The position numbers were made by a program, and so were the translations under genes. Positions 50,201-62,842 of a DNA stretch of 64,000 bases are shown in pieces; within the stretch, counting starts at the first letter, position 1, and every line of letters starts with the position of its first letter. This DNA is from Bugula neritina (lineage: Eukaryota > Animalia > Bryozoa): contig OZ037767.1 of NCBI GenBank assembly GCA_964035545.1, positions 23,886,628-23,950,627 of the forward strand. Direction: 5' to 3'. Under the pieces are notes generated by a model. The model did not search any database. It saw only the letters and a program-made list of their open reading frames with translations, and had not been told where the DNA came from.

Positions 50201-53200
50201 ATGTGACAACCTGTTTCAATAGTCAAGTTTTACATGGAAACAGCTACAGCCTGTGCCGTTGTGAGATGCATAGCGACGTGAGTTTTGTTCCAACACACTG
50301 TCACTAGTTTAAATACACTGTGATGAGGCTAAGGTGAGTTACAATGCAGTATGATTACTACCAGCAGTTTTTATGGCACTTTTCACCTGTTTTCAGTGGG
50401 CCAAGCTATCTACCTCGTCACCCTTACTATGGACCAAGAATGCCTCCGCCCCCTGGAAGCCAAAGACCGCCTCTTTTTCACCAGCAACCTTCACCTAGTC
50501 CGGGACCTCAGCAGCCATCGCAAATGAGGCTGCCACAAGCTCAATCTGCGTACCCCCCAATGTATAGGGACGGAAGGTAGGCTACCAGGCTATTGCTTCT
50601 ATTTATATCTCTGAATTTGATTTTAGCCCACAGTTTCATAACAGTGAATATATAGAAAATGCTGGTTGAAAGTTGGTGGTAGGCATGCTCTGTGATTTAT
50701 AACCCCCCTCCCTCCAATATCATACTTACAACCTCAATCAAAATTTATAATTGATCTCCAACTTGAGACTTCAACTGGGGATTTTCATAATTCTTATCTT
50801 CAGATTCTAGGTTTTTGATTGTTTGGGCATTCTTAAGAATATTGGTTGTATTTCAAAAGCAAAAAGTAAATAAATCAACTAGAATTGAGTGAGCATATGC
50901 AGTGTTTCTATGATGCGTGTCTGTATATTTGTAGTTATCCGAACAATCAAGCAGGGATGCCGCCTGCACCACCCACTCACTCTACTGGATACCCTTCCGT
51001 TGACTCTCAGTCTACCAGAACGCCATCTCTCTACTCTCATAGTTTTGCTGCCGCAGGTGCTTCTCAGTCTCCTCTAACTGCTGCCTCTGCGTCACATTCT
51101 ACCAATATGGCTCACTCAAGACAGCACCCCGGTCCTCTACCCAATGTACCAAGATATCCAATGAGGGGTGGGCACCCAACACCCACCCGTGGTGCCCTCA
51201 GCGCCATGTTGTCCAACACCTCCTCTGCTCCAGGTAACGTAACGTGACAATGTGTCACAGAGCAGATAACTCTGAACTGTAACTTGTTGAAATTTGCTAA
51301 TGAGTCACAAGCTGTAATAACATTTGTAATTGTTTAGGATAAGTAATTGGCAATGGAGTTGTGTTTCCCTTATTTCCTGCACACAATATTGCATGCATGA
51401 AGTATTACTATTTGTAATACTATATTACATATATGTATGTATATATTTCATATATAGTATATATGTAATATATATGTAATATATTTGTAATCTCCTCTCT
51501 ATTTGTAACTGTATTGTGAATAATATTCAAATTTTGGATGGTCAACAATTAACAGAAAGTAGTTGTCTACTCTTGCATTGCGCTGAGCGCATGTCATGCT
51601 ACCTGGCATACTCGTGACGCCCCATCCCTGACTTTCGTAATTTCTCCGTTTCTTGTAATCTCATTTGACTCCGTGTATGTTATTTAGGGCTAGAGGCCCA
51701 TGGGCTGCCTGCGTCATTCACAGAGTCTCTCCTGTCAGGGTTTGAAGGTGGGGTGGGTGGTAATCGCCCCCTAGAAATGCCTCCTCCACCACTGCCCATC
51801 TCGTTGGTTGATGTTACCAAGGGTAACCAGCATGGTGTAGACTGTAGATAGTTGAAGATTGTGTAGCATTTAGTTGTTGTACCGGAGTTGTCTGCCCGAA
51901 CTAGCTGCACACTCATTGGTGTTGTACCTTTGCCTATTGTAGGTCGTAGACTTAGGCTACATATTTGATGTGACTTTGCTTATCTACTAACCTAATTAGT
52001 GTTCTTCTTTTCTCTTGATGTCGTTATGTTCTGAGCACTTGTCAACGTGTCTCAGTCCTTATGACATTTTGTTGCCGACATTCAGCTTGTTTTGTTGAAA
52101 ATAACTTTGGTTTAGCTCATTACTGGAGCATTTAAAAGGATATTTAACTTTCTGAACAAATTTTTCTGATATTTGCATCTTCTGACCAGTTATAGTGTAC
52201 CAGCATGTTCTATTTTTGTCTCATGCCCATTGAAACTTCACTTTAGACTGCTATAGGTGTCCTTACAGTAGCGGATGTAGAAGCTGATAGCTCTATGCTT
52301 AGCTCACTTGACTTGCTAGTTATTTGAACTTATCATTTGCCCACATATCTACGCCTGCATTCTTTGCTCTAGTATGTAGATTTACTCAGCCATTCACACT
52401 CTGCTGGCAATAACACCGCAATACACCAACCATCGGTGTGTCACCGTGAACAGACAACTGTTGTGAATCCAAATATCATGAGTCACGTGTTTAAAAATTA
52501 GACCCAACAAGTTGACTCTGGGCAAATGAAAAGTGCTCAAAGTTTGAATTTGTCGAGTGTCACATTGCCTAATTTCACTTTGCCTTTCTTCCACAGATAT
52601 GCGCCCCTCGCCTGGTATGCCTTGGAGGTCAAGGGCATCCATGCCACCACCCGGCTACCACTCGCACATGCCCGGAGAGCAGCCGATGTCTCGGCGACAG
52701 CTGCCAATGTCGCGCTCCTCCATGTCTTCGTCAAAGAAGGAAGTGGAGTTTCCGCCTGAAAGTGTTGAGGCCACTCAGCCCCGTAAAGTGAGGCGGCGGG
52801 TGCTGCACAGCAAAGACGTTGGTAAGTCACATGACATCCTGTTCAATCTGAGCAGCAGATCTGTTTGCATACTGCAGTTACATTGGAGCTATTTAAGGGG
52901 TGTTTTGCCTGAGAGTAAATTTATATGATGGCCAAATAATATTATATTATAGTCTTCAATGAGGTTTACAACTAAAAATCCTCGGTAGACATGTTGTTAG
53001 ACCCAAGTATGCCTTTTATTAATTACAAACAGTTGTTGAGTGTATAAACCGGTAATGTTGCTGACAGGTAAAGTGGATCCGTGGAAACTGGTGATGTGTT
53101 TGCGATCAGGTCTACTGTGTGAGTGTATTTGGGCTCTGGACACCATCACCATCCTTCTGAGAGACGAACACATGTCTGCCATGCGCTTCAACCTGCGGAA

Positions 53201-56200
53201 CACCCCGGGGCTACTCGATATACTTTTTGCTCACTACAAGTTAGTTGCTATACTCTGCAGTTTATGTCCTGCTGAAGATGCTAATTTTTTGTCTAATAAA
53301 CCCTCACCTCTATACTGCTTATCATGTTAATGTATATATATATTCTCAGTATTCATTCTTTTGTAAATCTGAATATTTCTCAGTTTATTATAAAAACACA
53401 AGTTTATAGTCACTATTTCTGTGAGAACCCCCGATGGAAGGGGTTTTTTTGTTAAATCGGGCTAAGGGCTTATTCATATGTGGCACAGGAGCAATTATGA
53501 CTTGATGCTCTTCCTAACATCACCAATAGCTTTTAAAGGGGATTGAACCCATGACTCCGTGTTTGCTAAGCCAAACACTGGAACCTCTGGATCACGGCTG
53601 CTCCCATTTCTCAGTCTACTATCACTGCTATTTATCTCGGAGCAGTTTATTTTACGTTACATGACATGCCGAGTACTTGTAACTCTCTCTGTTGTTACAG
53701 ACAATCATTGGCGCTAGTATTTGAGGAGTTGTCTGATCTGGCAGACACTGTTCAAACCAGCTGTACCAGCTCATCTGACCAGGAGGAATACAGTCTAGAA
53801 GATACAAAGGTAACTCTGCTACACACAACTAACTACTCGTGGAATTCCAGGACCGGCATGAAAGTCATAGTAGATTCAGATCTCAAGCCAGGGCACACGA
53901 TTCCATCGCCTTCCATGTACAGTAGGAAAGCGTACACCAACTGCAAAGCAGACCGGACTGTAGTAACCACATTCGAACTTGGCACCAGCAGTGATATCCG
54001 CAGCAAACATTTTAGGAAATACGTTAAAGCAAATAAAAAGTATGAGGAGAGCGTGACGTCTCCGGATGAGACGGCACTCAAGGACGATGACGTCGCCACA
54101 CTAAACTCGCCAACTCCTACGAGTCCCACATCCGGCGGCACGGAGTTTAGCGCTCAGTCAGTACAAACTGAAAAGCGAATGCTAATGGACGGTGGAATAT
54201 CACAGTTTCCGACATGCAATGGGTGTATAACTCCAGATTTGAAGGCGGAGTTTAGCGAGCACAGCTGTGAGAGTAGTGACGTTTCTCTCTCGGCCAAGTC
54301 GTCTGATACTCAAACTAAATTTGAAACTAATAGCAAGAGCTCTGTGGAGCATAAGAGCTCTATTGATGAAAAGATGGCCGAAAGTGCTGAGGGCTTAAAG
54401 ACATTGGAAGCTAAGCTTGTGGTATCGAGGAAGAGGAGGTTAGTCAACTCATCAACTTATTTTATACTTTCAGCGTATTTCCTCTTGCTCACCTGCTGCC
54501 ATTGATAAGTTGCATGATGGGTTAATGCGTTATGTTGGATAAATTAGTTTTTAGTCAGTTGTGAAAGCTGAAACTAGCTCAGAGACAGTTGTAACTCGAT
54601 AGTGACTTCGCCTTGACTTGATGCTGGCTATAGGCAGAAGTTTTTAAAAATGATTTATACGTAACTTTTTAAAATTAAGATGACGTAGTCACAGCATTGT
54701 CTTACTGGTAGATTCAGTGAAAGCCTGGATGAAGAACCGTTCTTGCGTGACTCTGATCCTCTGGAAGTTGACGTTGACGAAAGACTAGAGGAGCTGTCAG
54801 TCAGGTGTACCACTCTCTCTAACATCATTCGCGGACTCAGTTTTATTGCTGAAAATGAAAAGGTTAGTTTGTGTCCGCAGTATATCTAGTGTGTGCCTAG
54901 TTTGCCACGCTGGATGCTCCTTGCTGTGGGACATCCCTGTGTGTCTAGTTCTGAGACTCCTTGCAGTATTCATATATGTGGTTGTGGTGTTGTAGCTGCT
55001 GGCAGAATATCAGCCTCTGCTCGGTTTGTTTGGACGTCTGCTGAAGCTGAGGGTGCAGACGGACGAGCAGAAGGCGCGACGGTGCTGGTGGTGGGAGTGT
55101 CTGGAGAACCTGAGAGAGCACACTCTGGTCACTCTCAGCAATGTAGCTGGCCACATACAACTCATCAATATGCCGGATAAGGTGAGTCTCACCAATCTAT
55201 CCAGCCAGTAGTCTGTATTCACCACGGGATACGCTGTGTGTTGCCTAGCTACTCCTTACTATGCCACATATTAGCAACAGAGTTATGTATAGTTGACCTA
55301 CACCAGCTTTATCATCTCCTCTTATTGCTATAAGATTTCAACTAAGCCGATGGCTTTGTGAGTTTGTGCAAGAGGCAGGTGAAGCTGTTAATTTCTTCCA
55401 GGTCTGCTATCCTCTCATGGAAAGCATTCTGTTCTGGACCACGACCTCCTCTGTATACGCGTATGACCCTTTACCGGACACCCATAGTCTGAGCGCGCGC
55501 AACCTCACACTGGAGATCCTGTGTAAGCTGTGCGCTCATGCCGATAACATGAACTTCCTGCTGGCTACGCCTCCAGTGGAACGACTGCGGCGACTATTCC
55601 AGAATCTGGCTAAACTCTTGGCCGATACCGACCAGGTTGGTTTAAATTCTATTAGCTGGCTGCAAGTTATATCGGCTGATTCCAGTATATTGTATATAAT
55701 GTGTGGGTTTGTGTGCTGGCAGGTGCGTCGGGAATTTGCCCTCGTTATCATTTCCTGTCTGGCCCAAGCTGACCCTGCAGCAGCACGAGGACTGGCGGTT
55801 CAACCATCCTGTGTTTCCCAGCTGATAAGCATCTTGGAGTCAGCGGAAACTGCGGCGTTCTCGATAGCTCAGCAGCGAGGCGTTAGTGCATTGAGAGACA
55901 ACCCTGAGGCTATGGGCACGAGTCTGGACATGATTAGAAGGACATCGGGAACTCTGGTGGAGATGGCGCAGGTAACTATGGTACTAGCATACTATATAGC
56001 CAGTTGACCACACGCGTGCTGAGCATTGTTCTAACACTAGTGTGTTGTAATTGTCCTGCAGGTGGAGGAGAACCATGACATACTCTTACAGCAACAAGAT
56101 CGACTGCTCAATCTGGTCATGTCTCAGATCCTGGACCAGCACGTAGCCAAGATGCTCTCCGGCGTGCTGTACGAGTGTACTAGAAACTCTCCGTTTGACA

Positions 56201-56472
56201 TTAAACCATCCTACGTGATATCTGACAAGGTGGCGGATCACATCAAGGAAGAGAAGATGGATGAGACTGAGACCAAACAGCCTTCCCAGAGTTCTCCTTC
56301 TTCTGTAGACCAGCCGGAGAAGGAGGCGAAAATGTTGAATGAGGAAGACTCTAAAGAGATCAACTTAGCCGAAGTGATCAACCATCAGCCAGAGCTGGAT
56401 AAAGAGAACATTAACAAGTCATCAATTTTAGAATCGAACAGTGCAATAGGCATGATATCCGCTGCGTCGTAA
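41287..56472 (+). CDS. ARID1: AT-rich interactive domain protein 1 (ARID1A/B, Osa/BAF250 orthologue), BAF/SWI-SNF subunit; 22 coding exons, ~1925 aa
   Basis: Phase-consistent GT-AG exon chain: 41287-41853, 42141-42281, 42482-42557, 43160-43347, 43601-44216, 44916-45116, 47768-47922, 48184-48414, 48642-48849, 49357-49559, 49738-49949, 50397-50576, 50935-51233, 51688-51822, 52597-52821, 53068-53239, 53701-54438, 54712-54862, 54996-55181, 55402-55635, 55723-55971, 56062-56472 (5778 nt). Diagnostic motifs: TPTLNQLLT (LxxLL), ARID domain, FPPESVEATQP, DPWKLVMCLRSGLLCECIWALD, LSNIIRGLSF, WWWECLENLREHTLVTLSNVAG, MGTSLDMIRR. The N-terminal half is P/Q/G/M-rich. Confidence 0.95.
45131..45460. repeat. 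~23-bp minisatellite (TACTCTACTTACTATACTCTCAC-like) in an ARID1 intron
   Basis: About 14 variant copies starting just after the donor at 45117. Confidence 0.9.
47642..47736. repeat. 5 x 19-bp tandem repeat (YAATAGTCATGTGACYTSW)
   Basis: Units start at 47642, 47661, 47680, 47699 and 47718. Confidence 0.92.
48184..48849 (+). CDS. ARID1: ARID/BRIGHT DNA-binding domain exons of ARID1 (48184-48414, 48642-48849)
   Basis: RRQFMDHLCAFY...MPCIGKNPLDLYKVYHMVKEKGGFQQ|VCKKKLWKQV...AAYTLKKAYIKYLLNYECKFD matches the ARID1/Osa ARID fold. Confidence 0.95.
52597..56472 (+). CDS. ARID1: C-terminal EHD1/EHD2 (BAF250_C, armadillo-like) exons of ARID1
   Basis: Conserved blocks EFPPESVEATQP, PWKLVMCLRSGLL, RCTTLSNIIRGLSF, ILCKLCAHADNMNFLLATPP, VRREFALVII, RLLNLVMSQILDQHVAKML. 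Confidence 0.93.
53392..53605 (-). mobile_element. tRNA-derived SINE, full length, in an ARID1 intron
   Basis: Same body; minus-strand head GGGAGCAGCCGTGATCCAGAGG...GGTTCAATCCC. A 17-bp TSD with 2 mismatches lies at 53375-53391 and 53606-53622. Confidence 0.87.
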
Positions 56473-57393
56473 CACAAGCTCCTTCATTCCTCACTGTCAA
56501 CTGTCCATTGCACAACTCATATCTACCAAGTTGTTGGTATCCTAGCTACTGTAAATATTATGTACTCATTCTTATTAGCTGGATCAAATAGTTACAATGA
56601 CATGTTTTACCTTACATACACAGGTGCTCTTTTCTAGTCCTAACTTGTTTACATTGCGCTACTTGACTACCCCCAAACTTACTCTTGGCATCCTGCAGAA
56701 CACCTGGTTATTTGTCGTCCATCTTAATTATAGTTGTGCATTTGCTAGGGTGAGGTACATCTGGTGCAATAAGCATGCCACTACTCTCCCTTCTGCAGTA
56801 CCTGTGCTGCATACTTGTATATTCATTGGTACACTGTGTGTACTACGACTTGCAACTATTTCTCTTATGGTAGGCTGTATGAGAATGCGTTTTCTAGCTT
56901 CAATTATCTGTTGTATCCATTATAAGTAATAACATGTTATATTTCCCATCTATTTGTACAGAACTAACCAGATGCTTCATTTATTGTTAATTTTTTGTGT
57001 CTTGCATGTATGTAGGCAACGCTGTAACCATGGCTATTATATATACATATAATATTATATCAAGTTGACATGGAGTAATAGATGTACTTGCATATTCTTG
57101 GGAGTTGTCATGTCATAGTCACAATAGCATCACCTGTATTGTCAAGTTTTGTATTTTTAATGTTGATGTACATTTATTATAATCATACAAGACTTATTGT
57201 AAATGGGAACCTTTTTTGGTGTCTCGTATCTTAATAATTGTATAGCCTGCTGTCCATACTTGCAACAAACTCTATACTGGAACTAATTAGGAATGTGTAA
57301 ATGATGAAATACATTACAATGAAACAAATGCACCCAACAAATCTCATAATGCTACGTTGAATTCACACTCGGCATTATTACGTTTTTCATTGC

Positions 57394-57399
57394 AATAAA
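57394..57399 (+). terminator. Candidate ARID1 polyadenylation signal
   Basis: AATAAA ~920 nt after the stop, following a U-rich 3' UTR-like stretch; a second copy lies near 57536. Confidence 0.4.
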
Positions 57400-59318
57400 A
57401 ATCCCATGCTTAAAAAATAATTCCGCTAGAATAGTAATTAGTAAAGTGCGATTTATTTCATGGGATTGTGAATGCACTCATGCTAACTGGCTCCTAAGTT
57501 GCCATTCTAAACTGTGTTTATGCACTAAGGCTACCAATAAATCACTTAATTCTCTTCATACAAGTTACTAGATGTGACTTGGGGAATCTAGTTGCAAAAG
57601 AGTTAAGATCCTCCCACTTGTAATGTTGCACCCATGTGTTGCTATTTGAGGCGCATGCGGTCAGGTTGACCAATTTATCCAACTTGTTTGGTTCTACGAT
57701 TTTTGCTCTTTCATCAAACATAAAAGTGAAAAGAATTTTCTCATTGCAACCCAAAGTTTTAATGTGCAGTATAATAACTTTATTCTAATATCCTTATCAA
57801 AGTTTAAAATGATTCCTATCACACAACACACATTGAAGGTGCTCAAAGCAGCCACATTTCTTTGTACTTCGGTTTCTTTTACTGACAATCTTGCATTAAA
57901 AAAGTCCATGCTGAAGTTTTATAAAGCATTATCAATAGTTTTCATAACTCATTTTTCTCTCAAAATGATAATGTAGAGAGGGTGCCTTTGGCCAAAAGTG
58001 CCAGCAAGTTAAAGCAGAGGGAGTCGTCTGCGGGCTGCATGACCCAGTTTAATGACTCAATGATTACACTTAGTCACATTCCTTAACTGTAATGACAAAG
58101 TCAGCAAATGGAAACAGAACAGTCAGCTTATTCCTCAAAAATAACAAACCTGATTAGTTTATACTGTCTTAATGGGTTTTATATGACAGCAGGGAATTGT
58201 CTATTATATCTTGTGGTTTTATATATCTCTTAAAAACCACAAAACTACATTTTCCATTGCACTAGCAATAAAACTTATGGGTAACAAAACATGACATCCA
58301 ATCGTTAATCCAGCAATCAAACACAGCTGTTGAATAACAATGCTGATGTACTTGTATAACTATCTTGGTAATTATTAATAAATCAGCATAAACAATTCAA
58401 CAAACTTTCAGCCAGTCTGTATCTCAAGCATAAATTATATTATAAAATTAGGATCAAACATTTTAATTATGAGAAATTGAGGACTACTTGAAGCAAGTCT
58501 TAATTAGTCTACACTAATAATTGTCTGTATTTGTCTATACTTTGAAGACTTAATAAACTACTAGCCATGTAAATGAAAATAGTGAAAAATTTGATTACAT
58601 GTTCTATGCTTTATAAAAGAATAAATACGCTTGAAAATATATTAATAAAGACATTGCAATTGTCAAAAGTTTTAGTTATTCAATCTGTTGAAAAAATTTG
58701 AATATATTATATATTCCCTATTCCAAGCTCTCACTAAAATATGTGTTTTAAAAAGTCCTTTCCTTAAAATTGTATACATTAGTACATATGACCTATAAAT
58801 AGAACGGTAACAGTAACAATTATTTTGAGAGAGGCATCTGTGCCATTCAGCATCTGTGCCGACACATCTACTACATAACCAGTTGCACAGAACTTAGGTG
58901 ACATTGTCTACACCACCTCTCTCCTAGCATTACATAAATTGCATGGTGTGACTGATCAACTATTGATTTATAAATATGTTAACTGTACTTGAAGAGCATC
59001 ACCGAAAATTTCGCTGATAGTACGCATCTAGATATTATGCCCAAGCACATCTACAGACAATCAAACAAGATTGCTACTACGTTACTGCATTATAAATAAT
59101 AGAATGTTGATGTATTTCTTGAGGATTTACTGAAGACTCTACAAGAACAAGTTAAATATATTTGCTGCACATCCAAAGCCTAGGTTCCGAAGTTAGAGAT
59201 AATAACCAACTCAATGAGGCATAAAACTGCGGTAATTACACTGATGAAAATTAATTTTTGTGTGGAAAACTGAATATAGATCGAGTTCAAAATTATACCC
59301 ATTACCACTTTTTGGAGG

Positions 59319-59479
59319 TAGGTGCAGTAATGGAGAAATTGAGAAAAGCCTGTGTCCTAGATTAAAAATGTAACATAAGAAGTTGTGTCTCACGAGAATT
59401 TCAACCCGCACCCCAAACCAAAATTTAACAATAAAATTAAAGAACTTAGGCTATCTCAATTTTTTCACTACTGCTCCTA
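59319..59479. mobile_element. MITE-like element, same family as 22043-22208
   Basis: Left TIR identical to the 22 kb copy; right end AGGCTATCTCAATTTTTTCACTACTGCTCCTA; TA at both termini. Confidence 0.8.
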
Positions 59480-62400
59480 AATGACTTTTTGAACGGCGTC
59501 CATTATAAGGGAGATGAGGGATTAGGTGTAATGGAGAAAGGGTATCTCATATAAGAAGATTGGGTGGAATAAGATGGGGAGGAGTTAAAATGTGTACTGC
59601 AGACCTGAGCAGTCTAAGTTTGTCTGCTTAACAGCCTAAAATGAGACTAAAAATTAACCAAAAGCCTTAGCAGAATATCATACTACAAGATACTAATTAA
59701 ATTTCGTATCAAATTGGGGCTCTGCTGCTATTAATATGCCTTTCACCTGATCAGGTGATAGCAGTTTCCAAAATATTTAGCTAATGAGCAGTTGCCTAGG
59801 TTTGCTTGCCATGAAAAACATGCGACTTCGAGTATAAGTTAGAAGGTGGGAGAGCAGTGTGTGCAATTATGTTATTACTGCTGCTAATGCACATTGCGAT
59901 ATATACAACCGATGCCACGTTGGCTCGATTAAGATATTATCCCTTCAAATGCAGAACAATTCAGTAACTGTGATAACCTTGATGACAATTAGACACTTGT
60001 ATTAGTGACATATTTTGACTGCTCACTGGCAGATGTGATTGCATGGGTTTCATTAACAGTAAATAATATAGCACTGCTTTTTCTTATAAACATCGTTTGC
60101 TTTTATTAGCTCACAAGTATCGTGGGAATATGTTGAAGTTAAAGTTGTTTTACAAACAAATAGCATGGGCATTTTTAAGCAGCCATGACTTTATTAGGCT
60201 CAGCTGTAAAACAACTACATAGATGTTTAAAATGTGGCTACACTTTGTTATTAGTATCAACAGCTATATAAGCTTGCTAAGTTAAACTTAAGACATGCTG
60301 CATAAGCAATCACAGATTTTTCACGTAACCCTCAATGATCATGGATAGAACTGGTAGAGTAAGAAGTTGTCCATTCTTGTAAAAAAAGATTTGCTCTTAA
60401 AGACCTAAACTAATGCTTAAGAACTTAAATACAATCAATATTATAGTAACTGCAACCAAATTTTCTACATAGAGCTTATTATATGAGGGGAGGGGTGATG
60501 AGTGATATATTTTGTTCTTAAACTGCTTTCCTTCACACTGTTTCTGCGATGTTAAATGAGTTAGTCATGAAATAAGGGCCAAAACTATATTAATATGTGT
60601 GCTTTGTTTATTTGAACATTTGATTGTGTGATTTTGCTTCCAGCTGCATATTGAGATATTATAGTGATCCCTTTTTACTATAATATTTACTATCAAGTTA
60701 AATACAAAATTTATAGGTTTCTCTCCTAGAATCTCCAGTAAAACAGTTCGATCTGCTGTTTGGAGCAGCTCAGCATTTTAATAAAGAAATCTAAGTTGCA
60801 ACAACTATGAGAATTTGATTTAAAACTGCGCATGGCATTCATATTTATATATTTAAATATTAACAAATCACAGCTTTACAAAAAAGTTGAAGTTGTCTTT
60901 TCATGGATTTAAAAAGATTCTTGTCAAAATTATGTTTGGAGCATTATTATCACAGAACAATATCCTAGAGCCCTCTTTTTTGTTCTAATAAAATTTGATA
61001 ATGAGGCTGGAGAATTATGAGAAGCATGTGCTAGTAGCACAACAGATACATTATTTAGAATGAATACATTATTTAGAATGATATTTGCTGATCATATTAC
61101 ATATGATATAATATATATTAACATTCACATATAGCCTAGAGCTAAAAAGCATATGAATACAAAGCTATGTTGATTAAGATTGTGAGAGTTAATTGTTGTT
61201 ATGGAGTGTCATTTGAGTAATTACGCTGAAGTTTTCTAGATTATTCTATATGCTTTTTTTATATATCGCTGTCTATTTCGCATTACCTTAGGGAACAAAA
61301 TATTTGACACTAGTTGTTGTTTTTTTGTGATTGTCTTTGGAATGATATCTGCTTATAAACAAAAACTGATTAGAAATAGTTTAATAATCTATAAAGTGAC
61401 TCAGCTGTGGTAGATGAACACATTCTGGTAATCAAATGAGGTTGTTTAGAGTCTAGAGTTCAATAAAACTACACTTAGTACAGAGTGTAAGGGTGAGCTG
61501 GTTAATAAGATGTGTGTTAGGAGATAGAAGGCTATATCAGCCATATGTTGTGATATACCAGCAAACTGCTTTTCGCTAGTTGTGTGAATAGCTTTTTTAA
61601 AAAGTTCTTCTATATAAGAGTACAATGGAGTAAACATATAATATTTAATGGCGCTTAATGTCCACTTTTCAGGAAGTACTCAAACACTCACAGATTCTTA
61701 TGTCCAACCCTCTACCAAATAAAATAATGTTCACCAGGCACTGTTAAAACTGGTAAATTGCTCATAATGGTTTTAAAGCTAGTAAATGCACCAACTAAAA
61801 CATTTCGTAGTTTACTTTTAAACTATCATCATGTGTGACTTCAGCAGTCCTTATATTACTTAGGTTTTACTTGCATTGCTGAAAGCAGTGGCCCTTCACC
61901 ATTGTCGGTCTCTGTACCTCTTTTATTTCTATTGAGGCGTCAAGTACTCCTGCTATGTCTATATTTTATACCATACAATAAATGTGCATGGTATAGTAAA
62001 CTGAATATCAATTATGAATTATGACTTGAAAAAGTAACCTTTAACTTTCTCCAAAGTACCTGAGCTACTATTTCCGTAAGTTGGAAACCCCTGAGATACT
62101 AGTGCTGTAGGATGGAAACCCCTGGCTTTAAGCAACACGAATGAATACACAGTCAACTAAAGCCACGTACATTGCTGTTCATGTAGTGAAGTTGGTTCAA
62201 AGCTATGACAGTATCTTCTAATGTCTTTAAAAAGATTTCATTGTAAAAACTGGCTTTATGAATTCTGTCTCTAAAATTGTTGCTTATACAAGAGTTGCTG
62301 GAAATATTCTGTGTAGTCTGTATATTCTACCAACTGGCAAAATATTATTGTTTAATTATTATGCCAAGACCACCATGTTGTTTGTTCAAATGTTCAAAGC

Positions 62401-62741
62401 CGCATGCAGTGGAATATTTAGTCAATAATAAGTATTCCAGATAGTGTTGTATTTCAGGAATAAAGATGTAAGAATGCAGAAAAGGCAGACTATATACACA
62501 CAAATGATTTGAGAAATATTTGAGGTAATTTAAATTCTTATTTGTATTATGCTTAACGGCAAGAGTGACAGACCTGGTTGATGGCATGCTGTAAGCTGTA
62601 TCTGCTGATAAATGGATTATCTTATGAGTCATACTTGAAGCTGATTGGCTGCTAATATAATTAGTACACCAATTAAGGCAGCCCTGCTGTTCAACAGGTT
62701 GGTGAAGACATACTTCTACCTACACTAATGTCTCATTTCAG

Positions 62742-62842
62742 CAACAGATTTGCCACGGCTTACCAGTTTCTTGCACTGTGAATATTAGGAGAGCTGCTTT
62801 GTATCCAATACAGAGAAGACAGAGAAGTTTGTTTAATTTAAG
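62742..62842 (+). other. Candidate (probably non-coding) exon of a downstream gene
   Basis: CATTTCAG acceptor and AAG|GTAAGA donor; CCAAT/ATTGG boxes at ~62644 and ~62669; no coding evidence. Confidence 0.25.

Noticed and set aside
41451-55751. Antisense and off-frame ORFs over ARID1 (e.g. 41451-41813, 43675-43938, 53833-54141, 54893-55180)
   Set aside because: Shadows of GC-richer coding exons; the sense frame carries the conserved motifs.
56597-56929. 110-aa ORF after ARID1
   Set aside because: Lies in the presumptive 3' UTR; no recognisable coding pattern.
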